The position numbers and the translations under genes were made by a program. Of a DNA stretch of 64,000 nt, positions 25,522-42,042 are shown piece by piece (position 1 is the stretch's first letter; every line of letters starts with the position of its first letter). This DNA is from the human T2T-CHM13v2.0 reference genome, Homo sapiens, in the NCBI RefSeq assembly GCF_009914755.1, contig NC_060934.1; one strand, written 5' to 3'. Below the pieces are notes generated by a model, which was given only the letters and a program-made list of their open reading frames with translations, did no database searches and was not told the DNA's origin.

Positions 25522-26175
25522 GTATGTAAGATAAATCATACTTGAATTTAAATCTTTAGGCATTCTGTTTTTATGGTGGGTAGCAGACTTAGGACAAAAG
25601 GCACTGCTTTTAAGGTTAGGAATTATAATAATATATTGGTTACAGAAAACTGAAAGTGATACCTCAATTACAATAAGTATGAAGCTATGATTTGACCGAC
25701 AAATTTCTGAGCATTGTCCATAATATAGTCCTAGTTGTGTGGATGTTAGTCTTGCTTGATTTAAATGTCCTGGAATTGCATCTGTTTTTAGGTCAGTTCT
25801 TGAAATTAGTAATTACCTCACATTAAAATGCTTTTATTAGTCATAGAATTAACTGTTTGACCAGAAAACAAATATGGATAGTTGAAGGCTGTTCCTTTCT
25901 TTGAGTCTTTTTATAGTTCTCCACCTATTAAGGATTCCTTCTTAACAAAGCAGACTTTATGTTGATGTAAATAAGAGGTTCACCCATGATTGTGTATAAC
26001 TAAATTACACCTTCTCTGGTGCTATAACATCATCCTGATTTAGGTATGTGGTGGTGTCTCAAACTTCATAAATGAATACCTGAAATATTTATATATTGCA
26101 TTCATCTGAAAGGAAGCTACTAGTAGGCCCACTCATAGGATTGTTAACATCTCTTATAATTTCATGTTTTGGCAG

Positions 26176-26251
26176 GTAAACCTAGCCTTTAAGCAACCTG
26201 GAAAGAGGCTAGAACACCAAGGAATTAGAATTGAATTTGTAGGTCAAATTG
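26176..26251 (+). CDS. VPS26A: VPS26A exon 3 (VNLAFKQPGKRLEHQGIRIEFVGQI)
   Basis: ggcag|GTAAAC acceptor, TTG|gtgagt donor; 76 nt; frame continuous with exons 2 and 4. Confidence 0.97.
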
Positions 26252-27370
26252 GTGAGTTTTAAAATAGTATTATTTCTTTTTCTTTGATAACTGAATTTGA
26301 AGAGGGTTGGATTTTGCACCAAAATAATTGAATTAGAGCTTAGCTTTGTAGAAGGAAGGAATTGATTTTGCATAATAAAAGAGAGGATTTACTTTATAAC
26401 TATATTAAATTGTGTTTCTTTGACTTGTATGAAATGATATTTGATATATCATTTCATGATATATATGAAACTACCAGCCTTGAAAACTAATTCAAGTAAA
26501 TTAGTTGACCTACTGAAATTTTCATCTGCCTGCATTTTTCACCATCCTTCTTATAATTAGCAGCCTCACCTTCATTCTTCATTTTCTAATTACCCATGCC
26601 ATTTGTCTTCCTGATCTAGTGTGTGCCTGTAGCCAGACTCACTTGTGTCAACACACAATTCCATGTGAGAAGGAAAGGTGTAGTTTCTTCTTGACTTAGA
26701 TCAACTTATGTACATTTCCATACATGATTCCAGATGAATGCTTGATTTAGTAGGGAGTTAAACTATATAAATCTTTCTATACTGAAGATTCAGAAGAGAA
26801 AAGAAAATATGTCTTTATAATACTGTCTACATAACTAGGCTTAAAATCTAGCTTTCTAAGTTTCAGTGTACATTTTTAAAGTATCAGAATTGGAATGGGT
26901 AGATATTTATATATCTGTTCTGACTGAGAGTGTACTTACATGTCTATTCTGACTGAGAGGCAAGTTGTAGTAATTGATAGTTGGTTTTAGTCTTTTTGTG
27001 TTTTGTAATTTTATGAAGGTAATATATTTGCCTAACTAAAGCAAAATAGAATTTTTGCCTTGTCTAGGGGAAGTTCAAATAATTGCTGGTAATGTGTCAA
27101 ATGGCTTCATATTGGGAGAGCCCCAACTACATCAAAGGAATGAACTCATTTTTAAAGAAATTTTCATTGTGCTATGCCACTTGAAATCTTTTATGCCTAC
27201 ATGAAGTATAATTATAAAAAGGATAATGGAATTCAGAGCATAGGTCTAGTTTATTAGAGACAAACTCAATAATTCTTTTGGTAAAAATCGTTTGTGTTTG
27301 AAGTAGATGTCTGGGTTTTATTGAAATGGCTATTAAATAATTGGTCTTTTTGCCTTTTAAAATTTCTCAG

Positions 27371-27527
27371 AACTTTTCAATGACAAGAGTAATACTCATG
27401 AATTTGTAAACCTAGTGAAAGAACTAGCCTTACCTGGAGAACTGACTCAGAGCAGAAGTTATGATTTTGAATTTATGCAAGTTGAAAAGCCATATGAATC
27501 TTACATCGGTGCCAATGTCCGCTTGAG
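27371..27527 (+). CDS. VPS26A: VPS26A exon 4 (ELFNDKSNTHEFVNLVKELALPGE...ANVRLR)
   Basis: tctcag|AAC, GAG|gtatga; 157 nt; phase-consistent. Confidence 0.97.
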
Positions 27528-28410
27528 GTATGAATGTGTATTATAAACTGTAAACAGAATCAAAACCAGAAAGTAATGACTACTGTTGATATCTTATTTG
27601 AACCTCTAATTATAATTCTGTATTGGAAGATTTAAGATTTTTAAAAATTCTGTCACATACTTTGGCTAATGCTGATTTGAGGTAATAGAGCGTTCTAACA
27701 TTATAGAGTTAGACAACATTGTTATGAGACATTTCAGTTATACACTTCCCTGGTATGAATTGTCCCTTACGTACTTCATTTGTCATGTAAACTGAATGAC
27801 CTTCTAAATCCACTAGTTTCCCAGAAAATCTCCTTTAGTATATGGTTCAGAAGTAATCTGGAGTACCAGAGAGGCTCTGATACATCTAAAATGACACAAA
27901 TAGTGGATGGCAGAAAAGGAGTACGAACCTAGTTTTCTAAACTCTCAATTCAGTGTCCTTTCCCTTCACTAAGTCTGTATGCAGGAAGCCAGGGATGCCT
28001 CAGAGTCCAGGGCATTTCAGGATATTAATCTGAATGCATCAGGTCCGAGATCTTGCTTTCTCTGTTTAACTTGGCATTATCTATCTGGAACTGGGTTTGA
28101 CAACCCAAATTTCAAATAGCAGTTCCTTAAAGAAGTGATCTGGAGAGGTTTCTTCAAGTAGGCTTGATGACAGCCCTCCAAACTCATCTGTAAAGTATTT
28201 ACACTATTCTTAAAATTGAACTTTGTATTTTTTTTCATGTTGGGGGCATTAAAGAAAATTGGAACTCCTTCGTGAAGTAATGAAGTAAGTTGATCCCAAA
28301 GGAGTTCCAGCAAGGAGGAGAAGCCTGAGTTGCAGTTAATGTTTGCTGATTTAAAACATGAAAATTTATCACAGGTGATTTAACTCATCGACTCTCTTTT
28401 AACTTTGTAG

Positions 28411-28575
28411 GTATTTTCTTAAAGTGACAATAGTGAGAAGACTGACAGATTTGGTAAAAGAGTATGATCTTATTGTTCACCAGCTTGCCACCTATCCTGA
28501 TGTTAACAACTCTATTAAGATGGAAGTGGGCATTGAAGATTGTCTACATATAGAATTTGAATATAATAAATCAAA
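28411..28575 (+). CDS. VPS26A: VPS26A exon 5 (YFLKVTIVRR...IKMEVGIEDCLHIEFEYNKSK)
   Basis: ttgtag|GTA, AAA|gtaagt; 165 nt; conserved Vps26 motif IKMEVGIEDCLHIEFEY. Confidence 0.97.
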
Positions 28576-29446
28576 GTAAGTATCATTCACAGATAAGTTG
28601 TTCAGAGAAAATTCAAAAATTAACTTTTCAGGTGTTTGTCAGTTGGTCAAAGTAAGGATAGAATTGACATTAATCTGATGTTAACAAATCAACAGGATCT
28701 CTGAGCTAAAAGAAATTTTAGGAGTTTGGTCTGGTTTCCACTCAGTAAAGGTGTCTTTTATGTTCTATTCCTGATAAATCTCTGCTTGGCCACTTTGTGT
28801 AGAGGATGTCACCATCTCAGAAGGCAGCCAGTCCTTCTGAGGATACAATTTATCTTACTGGCTTGATATTACCTCATCCTAGCCATCTCTTTTCACATAT
28901 TTTCACCTTTACCACTTAATCACTGTTAATGTCGCCTTGTATATCATTTCTTGGGGGGAGGGGGAAGGTATATATGTTTATATATGTTGTATTTTTACAA
29001 AACTGGCTCATATTTTGCTTGTGTTTAATGCCTTTTTAAATTTTATTATGGGAAATTTCAAGCATATACTAAAATATTTGAACAGTATACTGAATAATAT
29101 AATGAATCCTCATGTACCCATTGCCCAGCTCCAACAGTTATCAACACACAATCCAGTTTATCTGTATTCAGCTCTCATACTCCCCATAGGTTATATTGAA
29201 GCAAATTCCAGACATTTAATTTAACCCATAAAATTATGTATCATTTTATCAATTAAATTATATATGTGGAATTTGCTTCGATATAATCTGTGGGAAGCTG
29301 TATCAATATCATTTTATACATGGACTAAGATGTTCTCAGAAACATTACTTACATGAACAAAAGATTGCCATTTAAATGCCCACTGGTATTATAACAGTTA
29401 AATAAATTATGGTCCAGCCATACTGTGGAATGCTAAAGAAGGGTTA

Positions 29447-29875
<429 letters not shown>

Positions 29876-30481
29876 TCATGTATTTGGATATGAATAGAAA
29901 AGAGTCTGCAATGATATTCTGTTGTTAACAGTGGTTATCTGTAAAGGATGAAATTATGTATTGACTTTACATATCTCTTATTTAAATGTTATATGACAAG
30001 CTTGTTTTCTGTGTCTATTCAGAAAAAAGTTTTAAAAAGTTATATATCATTCTAAATATAACTACAATACTCTTATATCTAAAAATATTAGTAATTCCTT
30101 AATATCTTCATACACCCAGACAGTATTCACATTTCCCTAATTGGCTCACAGATATCTTTCTTTTTTCACATACTTTGTTCAAATCAATATTTAAACTAGG
30201 GCCACACATTGCATTTGGTTGTTTGAGCCTTAAATTTTTTAATTTATAGGTTTCCCTTCTATTTTTTTTATTAAAGTTTGTTTGTTGAAGAAATGGATGT
30301 GCCCTGTATTATCCCTTTCATACCCCAGTCTTTTGTTACATTATTTTTATTGGTTGTCACTCCCAGGTTTATATCACTGAATATGTAATACATATGGACT
30401 TCAGAATCTTAAAATTATATTGTTGATGAAATTATCAAATAGTTTAGGACCTGAAACCACTGAAGCTTCCCTTCAGACTGA

Positions 30482-30780
<299 letters not shown>

Positions 30781-31350
30781 TAGGCATGAGCCACCGCGCC
30801 CAACATATTTTTTTTTTTTTGGAGTCGGAATCTCTGTCGTCCCGTCTGGAGTGCAGTGGCATGATCTCGGCTCACTGCAACCTCTACCTCCTGAGTTCAA
30901 GCAATTCTCCTGCCTCAGCCTCCTGAGTAGCTGGGATGACAGGCATGTGCCACCACGCCCGGCTAATTTTTGTAGTTTTAGTAGAGATGGGGTTTCACCA
31001 TGTTGGCTAGGCTGGTCTTGAACTCCTGACCTCAGGTGATCTGCCCGCCTTGGTCTCCCAAAGTGCTGGGATTACAGGCGTGCCCGGCCTGACATAATTT
31101 ATATTAACCAACTCTTGAGATACAATTTTGAGAGCCAAACCTGGGAGGATGCTAAAAAGTCCTCTGGATATTATAGGGATTCCTAAGTTTATTACCACAT
31201 CATTACAAGGTACGTGGGAGCGACCTTTGGTTATTAGCTATCACAACAGCAGACTCAACCTATGTAGGTAGGTTTCTTTTACTTTGTCTTTGTGGGCAGA
31301 TGATTTATGTTAGCTGCACTCTTGTAGAACTTGAGTAATAATGACACTAA

Positions 31351-31539
<189 letters not shown>

Positions 31540-31841
31540 TAGGATCACAGGCATGTGCCACTAATTTTGCACCACCCAGCTAATTTTTAGAAGAGATTAC
31601 ATCCCCCTATGTTGCCTAGGCTGGTCTTAGACTCCTGGGTTCAAGCAATCCTGTCGCCTTGGGCCTCCCAAAGTACTGGGATTATAGGTGTGAGCCACTG
31701 AGCCCAGCCAGAACAGTTAACCAGGGTAATTATTCCCTCTGAGGTAGTCAAGTAAAAGTTTGATTCCTTATTTGCATAGTGAAATGATGAATACTTTTTT
31801 GAAAAAAAGAACACTAAACAATATGAATAATCAAAATGGTT

Positions 31842-32330
31842 GTTGTTGGTTTTTGTTTTTGGTGAGCCAAAGTTTTATTTATTCATTTGAAGTATTCTCT
31901 GATGACATCCTGGCCTGAGACTCCTTGCCATAGTTCTTAATTACTGCACAACTGCAAACAACCACTTTACGGGGTTTCCCCCATCTGTCAGTTTTATAGA
32001 GGCTTACCCATTCCCCAGTTTCTTCTTGTCATCAACCGGGGTTCAGCACAAAGGGCCTCCACCAACTTAACATACATGGGCTCATCACAATTAGATGCAA
32101 GCACACAAAGATGAGCTTGGTGCCTGTCTAAGGCTTTGGCAGCTTTGTGAATTCCACATGCTAGGCCATCATGGATGAGGGTGGTCTTCAGCACCTCTTG
32201 TAAAGCAGTAGTAACGTCCCTTATACCTCCAGCAGCAATGCCTTCCTCAGCCATGGTGGTGAGTGAAACTGAATCTTGAATACACCCAGGCCGCCACCTC
32301 CATGCAACTCAGCAGCGGCAAGGAAAGAGC
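31842..32330 (-). pseudogene. RPS12 processed pseudogene in VPS26A intron 5
   Basis: ORF 32254-31994 [10 protein letters not shown]...LVEALCAE matches RPS12, then frameshifts at a ~16-nt deletion; intronless; 5'TOP CTCTTTCC at 32329; AATAAA and decayed A-tail near 31842-31880; flanking direct repeats. Confidence 0.95.
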
Positions 32331-32523
32331 TCAAAATAGTACTTTTTTTTTTTTTTTTTGAGATGGAGTCTTGCTGTCACCCAAGCTGGAGTGCAGTGGT
32401 GTGATTTGCCTCACTGCAGCCTTCACCTGCTGGGTTCAGGCAGTCCTCCCGCTTCAGCCTCCCAAGTAGCAGGGATCACAAGCATGTGCCACCATGCCCA
32501 GCTAATTTTTGTATTTTTAGTAG

Positions 32524-32859
<336 letters not shown>

Positions 32860-33186
32860 GTAAGTTGAAAAGAGTATGTAAATTAAAATTCTTTGTTTTA
32901 GTTGACATTTTTAAAATCTTAAAATATTGTTTAAACATAATTTGATATCCACATTGAGTACTAATTTTGCTAGTTAATATTGCTGGCAGTAAGTTATTTA
33001 ATGTTTTTTTAAATTACTTTTTGATTGTCCAGAATTTATTTTTTATAAAAAATTAATTTTTGAATAGGTAATAAATTCACATGGTTCAAAAATAAAATGT
33101 AAAAGAGTATACAGTAAAAAGTATCTTATTTCTGTACTCTAGCTACTCATAGGTAATATGTTTATTATAAGTTTAAAAATCCTCAG

Positions 33187-33308
33187 TGGAGCAGGTCAAA
33201 ACTCCTGTGCTGATCAGTAGTGGGATTGTGCCTGTGAATAGCCACTGCACTTCAGCTTGGACAACAGAGTGAGACCATTCCAAAAAAAAGAAAAACAAAA
33301 ACCAAAAC
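33187..33308 (+). pseudogene. 5'-truncated 7SL (SRP RNA) retrocopy with A-tail
   Basis: GGAGCAGGTCAAAACTCCTGTGCTGATCAGTAGTGGGATTGTGCCTGTGAATAGCCACTGCAC is 7SL S-domain/3' sequence absent from Alu; A-rich tail. Confidence 0.88.
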
Positions 33309-34076
33309 TTTCCAATTAGTTATTATGTATACAAGCAAGTACCTATGTATAAGACACACCCCTTTTTACTTAAATGGTGGTGTATAATGCATACTTCGCT
33401 TTGCCACTTAGTAGTGCATCTTAGAGAACTTTCCATAACAATGTGTAGAATACTTTATCTTTTTAATAGTTTTCCATTTTATTGATATACTAAAATTGAA
33501 CCAGTCTGCTGTTTGTGGACATACTGGTTGTTTCCGGTCTTTTGCTATTACAGATAATGTCATTTTGCACGTGTGCAAGATAAAATCTTAGAAGTGGAAT
33601 TCATGGGTTAAACAGCATATTTGTTTATAATTCTTCTGCCCTTTTTGTGGCGAACAGGGTCTCACTATGTTGCCCAGGCTAGTCTCGAACTCCTGGGCTC
33701 AAGCTATCCTCCCACCTCTGCCTCCCAAAGTGTTATGATTACAGGCATAAGCCATTGCACCTGGCCATTTACAATTTTGATGCATGTTATCAGTAAGTCC
33801 TCTTTAGGGATTATCCCAGTTTGCATTGCTATCAGCAGTGAATGTAGGAGAGTGCCTCTTTTCCCCCATATTCTCATGAGCACAATGCTGTAAAAACTTT
33901 TAGCTCATTTGATGGGTAAGGGGGAGATACTACTACATTGTAGTTCTGGGATTTTTCTTATGGATTCTTTTTCCCCCACTGCTTTATTGAGGTATAATTG
34001 GCAAATAAAAATTGTATATATTCAAGATGTATGATGGAATGTTTACATTATGAAATGATTACCACAGTCAAGCTAA

Positions 34077-34413
<337 letters not shown>

Positions 34414-35197
34414 TAATTTTCAGTTTTCTTATTGAGGATGAACATCTCTTCATATGAATAAAAACAATTTTTATTTTCTGTAAGCCATTCATATTCTTTG
34501 CCCCATTATCTATTCTTTTTCTTACTTATGTGTAGAAACTATATATTAGAGAAATCAATCCCCCTCCACCTTTTTTTTTTTTGAGACAGGGTCTCACACT
34601 GTCACCCAGGCTGGAGTGCAATGGTACAATTATAGCTCACTGCAGCCTTGAACTCCTGGACTTGAGCAATCCTCCAACCTCAGCGTTGTGGGTAGCTGGG
34701 GCCACAGGCACATGCCACCACACCCAGCTAATTTTTTATTTTTTTGTAGAGACAGGGTGTCACTACGTTGCCCAGGCTGGTTTCAAACTCCTGGACTCAG
34801 CGATCCTCCTGCCTCAGCATCCCAAATTGCTGGGTTTACAGGTGTGAGCCACTGTGCCCTGAATTCCTTTTTCTAATATTAAGGGTAGCAAAAATTTCCC
34901 TCGTTTGTCTTGTTTGTGGTGGTTCATGCCATGTAGAAGTTATTGATGTTTATGTAGTCAGATTTATCAGTTTTTCATTTTATGGCCTCTGGGTTTTATG
35001 CCATGGTTAGAAAGGTCTTTTTCACACTGAAGTTCTAAAAATAATTTCCTGTGCTTGATTCTACTGAAGTAATACATTGTGGTTTAGGGATTTTGTTTCA
35101 TTTTTAAAATATTAATTCATTTGAAATGTGTTGTGATGTAAGAGGTGAGGTATGTATCACCTTTACTTTTTTCCAGATGGCTGACCAGTTGTCCTGA

Positions 35198-35619
<422 letters not shown>

Positions 35620-36380
35620 TAAGAATTTATAGTCAGTATTCATAATTTAAAACATCTGTGATTTCTTTTATTATTATTATTTTATTTTTAAATAAAATTC
35701 TCACCCAAGGCATGATCTCAAGGCAAGAGGTCCTGAGAACATGTACCCCCATATGTGATTTCTTAATCTCCATGTTTCTACTTGCTAGTAAATTTAAGTG
35801 ATTTTAAAATCACTTCAAATTCTCCTTTGTTGTTTCAAACAACTTCAAATTCTCCTTTGTTGTTTAAAATGTGGCCAGGTGCGGTCGCTCACCTGTAATC
35901 CCACTACTTTGGGAGGCTGAAGCGGGCAGATCACTTGAACCCAAGGAATTCAAGACCAGCCTGGGCATCATGGTGAAACCCCATCTCTATCCCAAAAAAT
36001 ACAAAACTTAGCCAGGCATGATAGTGCACGCCTGTAGTCCCAACTACTCTGGAGGCTTAGGTGGGAAGATTGCTTGAGTTCAGGAGTTTGAGACCAGCCT
36101 GGGCAATATATTGAGAACCCATCTCTACAAAAATTGAAAATAAAAAAACAGGCATGGTGGTGCACACGTGTAATCTCAGCTACTTGAGGCAGAAGGATTG
36201 CTTAAGCCCAGGAGGTTGAGGCTGCGGCAAGCCATGATTGGACCACTGCACTCTAGCTTGGGTGATGGAGCGAGACACCGTCTCTAAAAAAAAATAATGT
36301 AGTGGAAAAATAAGAAGGCATAAGGCTAGTAATTATATTCTGGAATATTTAAATTAATGTTATTTACATTATTGCACTAG

Positions 36381-36449
36381 GACCCAGTACCACAACAGAA
36401 ACAGAAACAATCGCCAAATATGAAATAATGGATGGTGCACCAGTAAAAG
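36381..36449 (+). CDS. VPS26A: VPS26A exon 7 (GPSTTTETETIAKYEIMDGAPVK)
   Basis: cactag|GAC, AAG|gtaaca; 69 nt; EIMDGAP motif of the VPS35-binding loop. Confidence 0.97.
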
Positions 36450-37041
36450 GTAACACACTTTTCAGTTACTTCTTTTGTATAGTGCAAACATCAGTGTTCA
36501 GGGCAGTTTTGTTTGTATTTATTTAGTGTGAAAGTATCTTTGAATTCTTAAACCATTCTTACAATGATAGCTTTTAAGGTCATCTTTGTACAGCTGCAAA
36601 GAAGACTGTAATTATATTTCCTAGTCTGAAATAAGGTTTAATTTTTCAGTTTCAATTTAGGATTTACTAGAGACAGTTATATGTATCTATTCTCTAGTTT
36701 TGAATTTGTAATATTTTCATTGTCTTCTATTATACAATAGTTCGTCTTTGTAAATGTTTTTTCTCCTGACCACAAAATGGAGTATGGCTGAGCATTAATT
36801 CCTGTAGGTTTTTGGAGTCATTATAGCTCTCAAGAAAATAAGCAGTTCCATTACTAGATTAATCTTCAGTATCTGAGACAATGAAGCCAGTATTTATCAT
36901 TTTAAAATTTATGTCTGGGTTTTCTTCACTATTTGTGCTTACATCACAAAGCCAGTACCATTTATTAAGTGCCAAGTGTAGATGAGGCAATGTAATCTTA
37001 GGTGCTCTAAAACTCTTTGAGCTAGGTGGTTGTGTCCCTTA

Positions 37042-37723
<682 letters not shown>

Positions 37724-37746
37724 CTACTGCATTCCAGCCTGAATGA

Positions 37747-38233
<487 letters not shown>

Positions 38234-38487
38234 TTATACACATGATTAGAAATTATGGTAAACTTCATGAAAGAAGATAACAAAACAACTTATAGAGCAC
38301 TTATCTGTTGGCACTGTTTGAGTTTTTTAGGTATATTAACCCATATAGTCCTTACACATTCCTTGTGAATACTATTGTTATTCCCCATTTCACAGATGAA
38401 GAACTTAAACAATGAGTAAGTGATTTTTCCAAGGTCACACAACCAGTAAGTGGTTGAGATCTGAAGCCAGGTATTCTGACTCTAGAA

Positions 38488-38696
38488 CAGTAGTTCTCGT
38501 CTAGGGGCAACTTCACCTCACAATGAATGTTTGGTGTTGTCTGGAGATATTTTTGGCTGTTACATTTGGAGAGTACTACTGGTATCTAGTGGGTAGAGGC
38601 CAGGGTTGCTGCTAAACATCCTGCAAAGGATAGGACCCTCCCCACAACAAAGAATTATTCAGCCCAAAATATCAGTACTACTGAGGATGAACCCTG
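38488..38696. mobile_element. MER20 hAT MITE, adjacent to a MIR at about 38290-38487
   Basis: GGTATCTAGTGGGTAGAGGCCAGGGTTGCTGCTAAACATCCTGCA...CCCCACAACAAAGAATTAT hallmark. Confidence 0.85.
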
Positions 38697-38823
38697 GTCT
38701 TTGTTATTTTGCATCTCATGAGGATGTGAAGCATTAGTGTCAACTCTATAGTGCTTAGTCCTACCTGTTATGTGACTATATTTAATCATCTTTAGAATTA
38801 AGTAGAAATTCCTTTTCTTTCAG

Positions 38824-38966
38824 GTGAATCAATTCCAATAAGGCTATTTTTAGCAGGATATGACCCAACTCCAACAATGAGAGATGTGAACAAAAAATTT
38901 TCAGTAAGGTACTTTTTGAATTTAGTGCTTGTTGATGAGGAAGACCGGAGGTACTTCAAACAGCAG
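38824..38966 (+). CDS. VPS26A: VPS26A exon 8 (GESIPIRLFL...DEEDRRYFKQQ)
   Basis: tttcag|GTG, CAG|gtatgg; 143 nt. Confidence 0.97.
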
Positions 38967-39390
38967 GTATGGTGCCACTTGGGCTGGTATTATGTTCTGC
39001 GGCAGATCTAAAAATACCTCGAAAGCACTCTTCTAAGCTTCACTGTACTGAGCGAGTGGGAGTTTCTAAATAAATAAAAACACTGTGGGTATGATAGATA
39101 AAGAAGTAGAGGAGAATAGAATCCTATGATAGATCCCTCCCCAATCATTCTGCAGTACTCCAGAATGAGCTATAATTTTTCAGGGCTTTTAGTTTTCTCT
39201 TACAAGTTCTTTTGTTTTTGTTTTTTAATAAAAACAATACCTGCTGCTTATTTAGAAAAAAATAAGGCAATAAAGAACAAAGAATGAAGTAAAGGTCAGC
39301 AGAATTTCCACCACCATTGCAACTAATGTGTGTATGTGTGTTTACATCATATTATGGATATTGCTTTTTTTTTTTTCTTACTGTTTTTAA

Positions 39391-39543
<153 letters not shown>

Positions 39544-39871
39544 TAGTGTCTTGAATATCTTTCTCTTAACAAATATACATTATTATTATTATTATTATTA
39601 CTATTTTTATTTTTTAAGATGGGGATCTTCCAAGCAATCCTCCAGTCACAGCCTCTTGAGTAGCTGGGAGGTACAGGCACGTACCACTGTGCCCTGCTGA
39701 TTTATCCCTTTTAAACAATTCTGTCATAATGTCCATGAGATGACTGAATTCTAATAATTTTTTTATTTGAGACAGAGTCTCGCTACAGGTTAATTTTTGT
39801 ATTTTCTTTTTTGTAGAGACAGGGTTTTGCCATGTTGGCCAGGCTGGTTTCAAACTCCTGGCCTAAAGTGA

Positions 39872-40265
<394 letters not shown>

Positions 40266-41490
40266 TAAAGTGTTCATTACAAACTTGTTCTCATTTGAAA
40301 ATCAATTAAAAGCTTTTGGTGAATTTTGAATGAAGATAGTAATTAGAATGGTCTTTTGTATTCTGAATCAGATTAATAAACATGTAGTTAAATGTCAGTT
40401 GAGTGTTCAAAGCTAAGTTAGAAATTACCCTGTCCTAAGTACTGTGAAAAATACAAAAACTACCTTTTATAAACATGATCTGTCCTCCATGTTCTCACAT
40501 TGTAGATATCTGGGAAAAAGAAAAATAATATAAACTAACAGAATACTTAAATAATAGCTTGACAGTAATTTAGAAGAGACAAAACCTATTCCAGTATTGC
40601 CATCCTAATGTTGTATAATTAAACATACATGATTTATAACTTTGAAATAAATTACATGATTTTTACAATTTCAAAATCAATTGCATATCATGGCACTATT
40701 GGAGGTAAGTCTGTTATTTCCCATGTGCACTCATTTGGATGTTTAAATTCTGATATGTTGGGGAAAAAAAAAAGCCTATAATGACTTCATGAAGCAAATA
40801 ATTTTAGGAATTTAGAAGAGGGAAGTTCTCAGGATGGATTGGTTAGGGTAAGAGTTAGGTAGAGAAATCGAGATTTGAAGACTGGGGAAGATGTAGGGCG
40901 AGTTTATTTGGATTGCATTGGAGGCAGAGAGTAACTCCATTTGGCCGATGGGGGAAAATGGTCAAGGGAGGGAAGAGAATAATGTTGGTAAATTGGATAA
41001 AGGTTATAGAGGGGCATGAATACCTGTTTGGAGATTTATCCTGGAGGCACTGAGAACTACTAAAGAGCAATCCAAGCAATGTGCTGGAGGATTAACCTGC
41101 TAGTGATAATAAAGGATTAGATAGAAAGGGCTCTGCCTCTCTTGCCTCTGAGGAAGCTGTTTTAATATCTAAGTGACAAGAACTTGAATTTGGATGAGGG
41201 CAATGAACAATTAAAGGATGGATTTGGGGAATTCTTTAAAGTAACAATAGGACTTCTTGACAGATTGGATTGGTGGTGGTGGAATGCATGGGTGCTGGTG
41301 ATAGGAGCACTAGAGGTAGAAGGGGCAGTCAAGATTAGAGCTGGAAGAAAGTGGAAAAGAAGTTGGAAAAGAGGAGGGCTTTTGTAGGGAAGAATTTAAT
41401 TTTATTATGGTTAAAATTGAAGTGGCAATCAATAGAGATAAGGCATCATATCAAACATTAATTTGTTAATATCTTGCATTTGTTTACTAG

Positions 41491-41604
41491 GAGATAATTT
41501 TATGGAGAAAAGCTCCTGAAAAACTGAGGAAACAGAGAACAAACTTTCACCAGCGATTTGAATCTCCAGAATCACAGGCATCTGCCGAACAGCCTGAAAT
41601 GTGA
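41491..41604 (+). CDS. VPS26A: VPS26A last coding exon 9 (EIILWRK...SAEQPEM*)
   Basis: tactag|GAG acceptor; TGA at 41602-41604; total CDS sums to 327 codons plus stop. Confidence 0.97.
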   Translation, partial: EIILWRKAPEKLRKQRTNFHQRFESPESQASAEQPEM

Positions 41605-42036
41605 ACTGAACAGGAGAAAAAAAGAAAAGCAAAAAACTCCTGTAACCCTTGAGATTAAGTTCAGCAGGTTAAAGATGGTTGCAGCTGGAGGGGGCGGAAA
41701 AAGGCCAAAACTCCATATATGTTAGTCTTCCTTTATCTTACAGCGCAGCATTTATTTTATGATATAATGAAATGTTCGTTCATGTATATACATTTTTAAA
41801 AGTGCTTTCTTTGAAACACTGGAACTTTGTTAAGCTGCCTTTTTTTTTTTAACTTCCTACTTTGATGATAAGCACTCAGATATATATCAGCGTAAACATG
41901 AAAAATTTTCATGTGAGTAGGCTGGTATTTGTAATTTTGCTTTCTTTCTGCATAATGTTGATTATAAATCCTCTCTTTTCAGGCTAATGATTACCTCTTA
42001 TTCTCTACATGCAAAAAATTAAATATTTTGTGTTCA

Positions 42037-42042
42037 AATAAA
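42037..42042 (+). terminator. Candidate proximal polyadenylation signal AATAAA
   Basis: AATAAA with ATTAAA just upstream (42018) and GT-rich sequence downstream. Confidence 0.5.

Noticed and set aside
31994-32254. Functional RPS12-like protein
   Set aside because: Frameshifting deletion, many substitutions and retrocopy hallmarks
41488-41493. NAGNAG tandem acceptor TAG|GAG at exon 9
   Set aside because: GAG acceptors are rarely used; no supporting evidence
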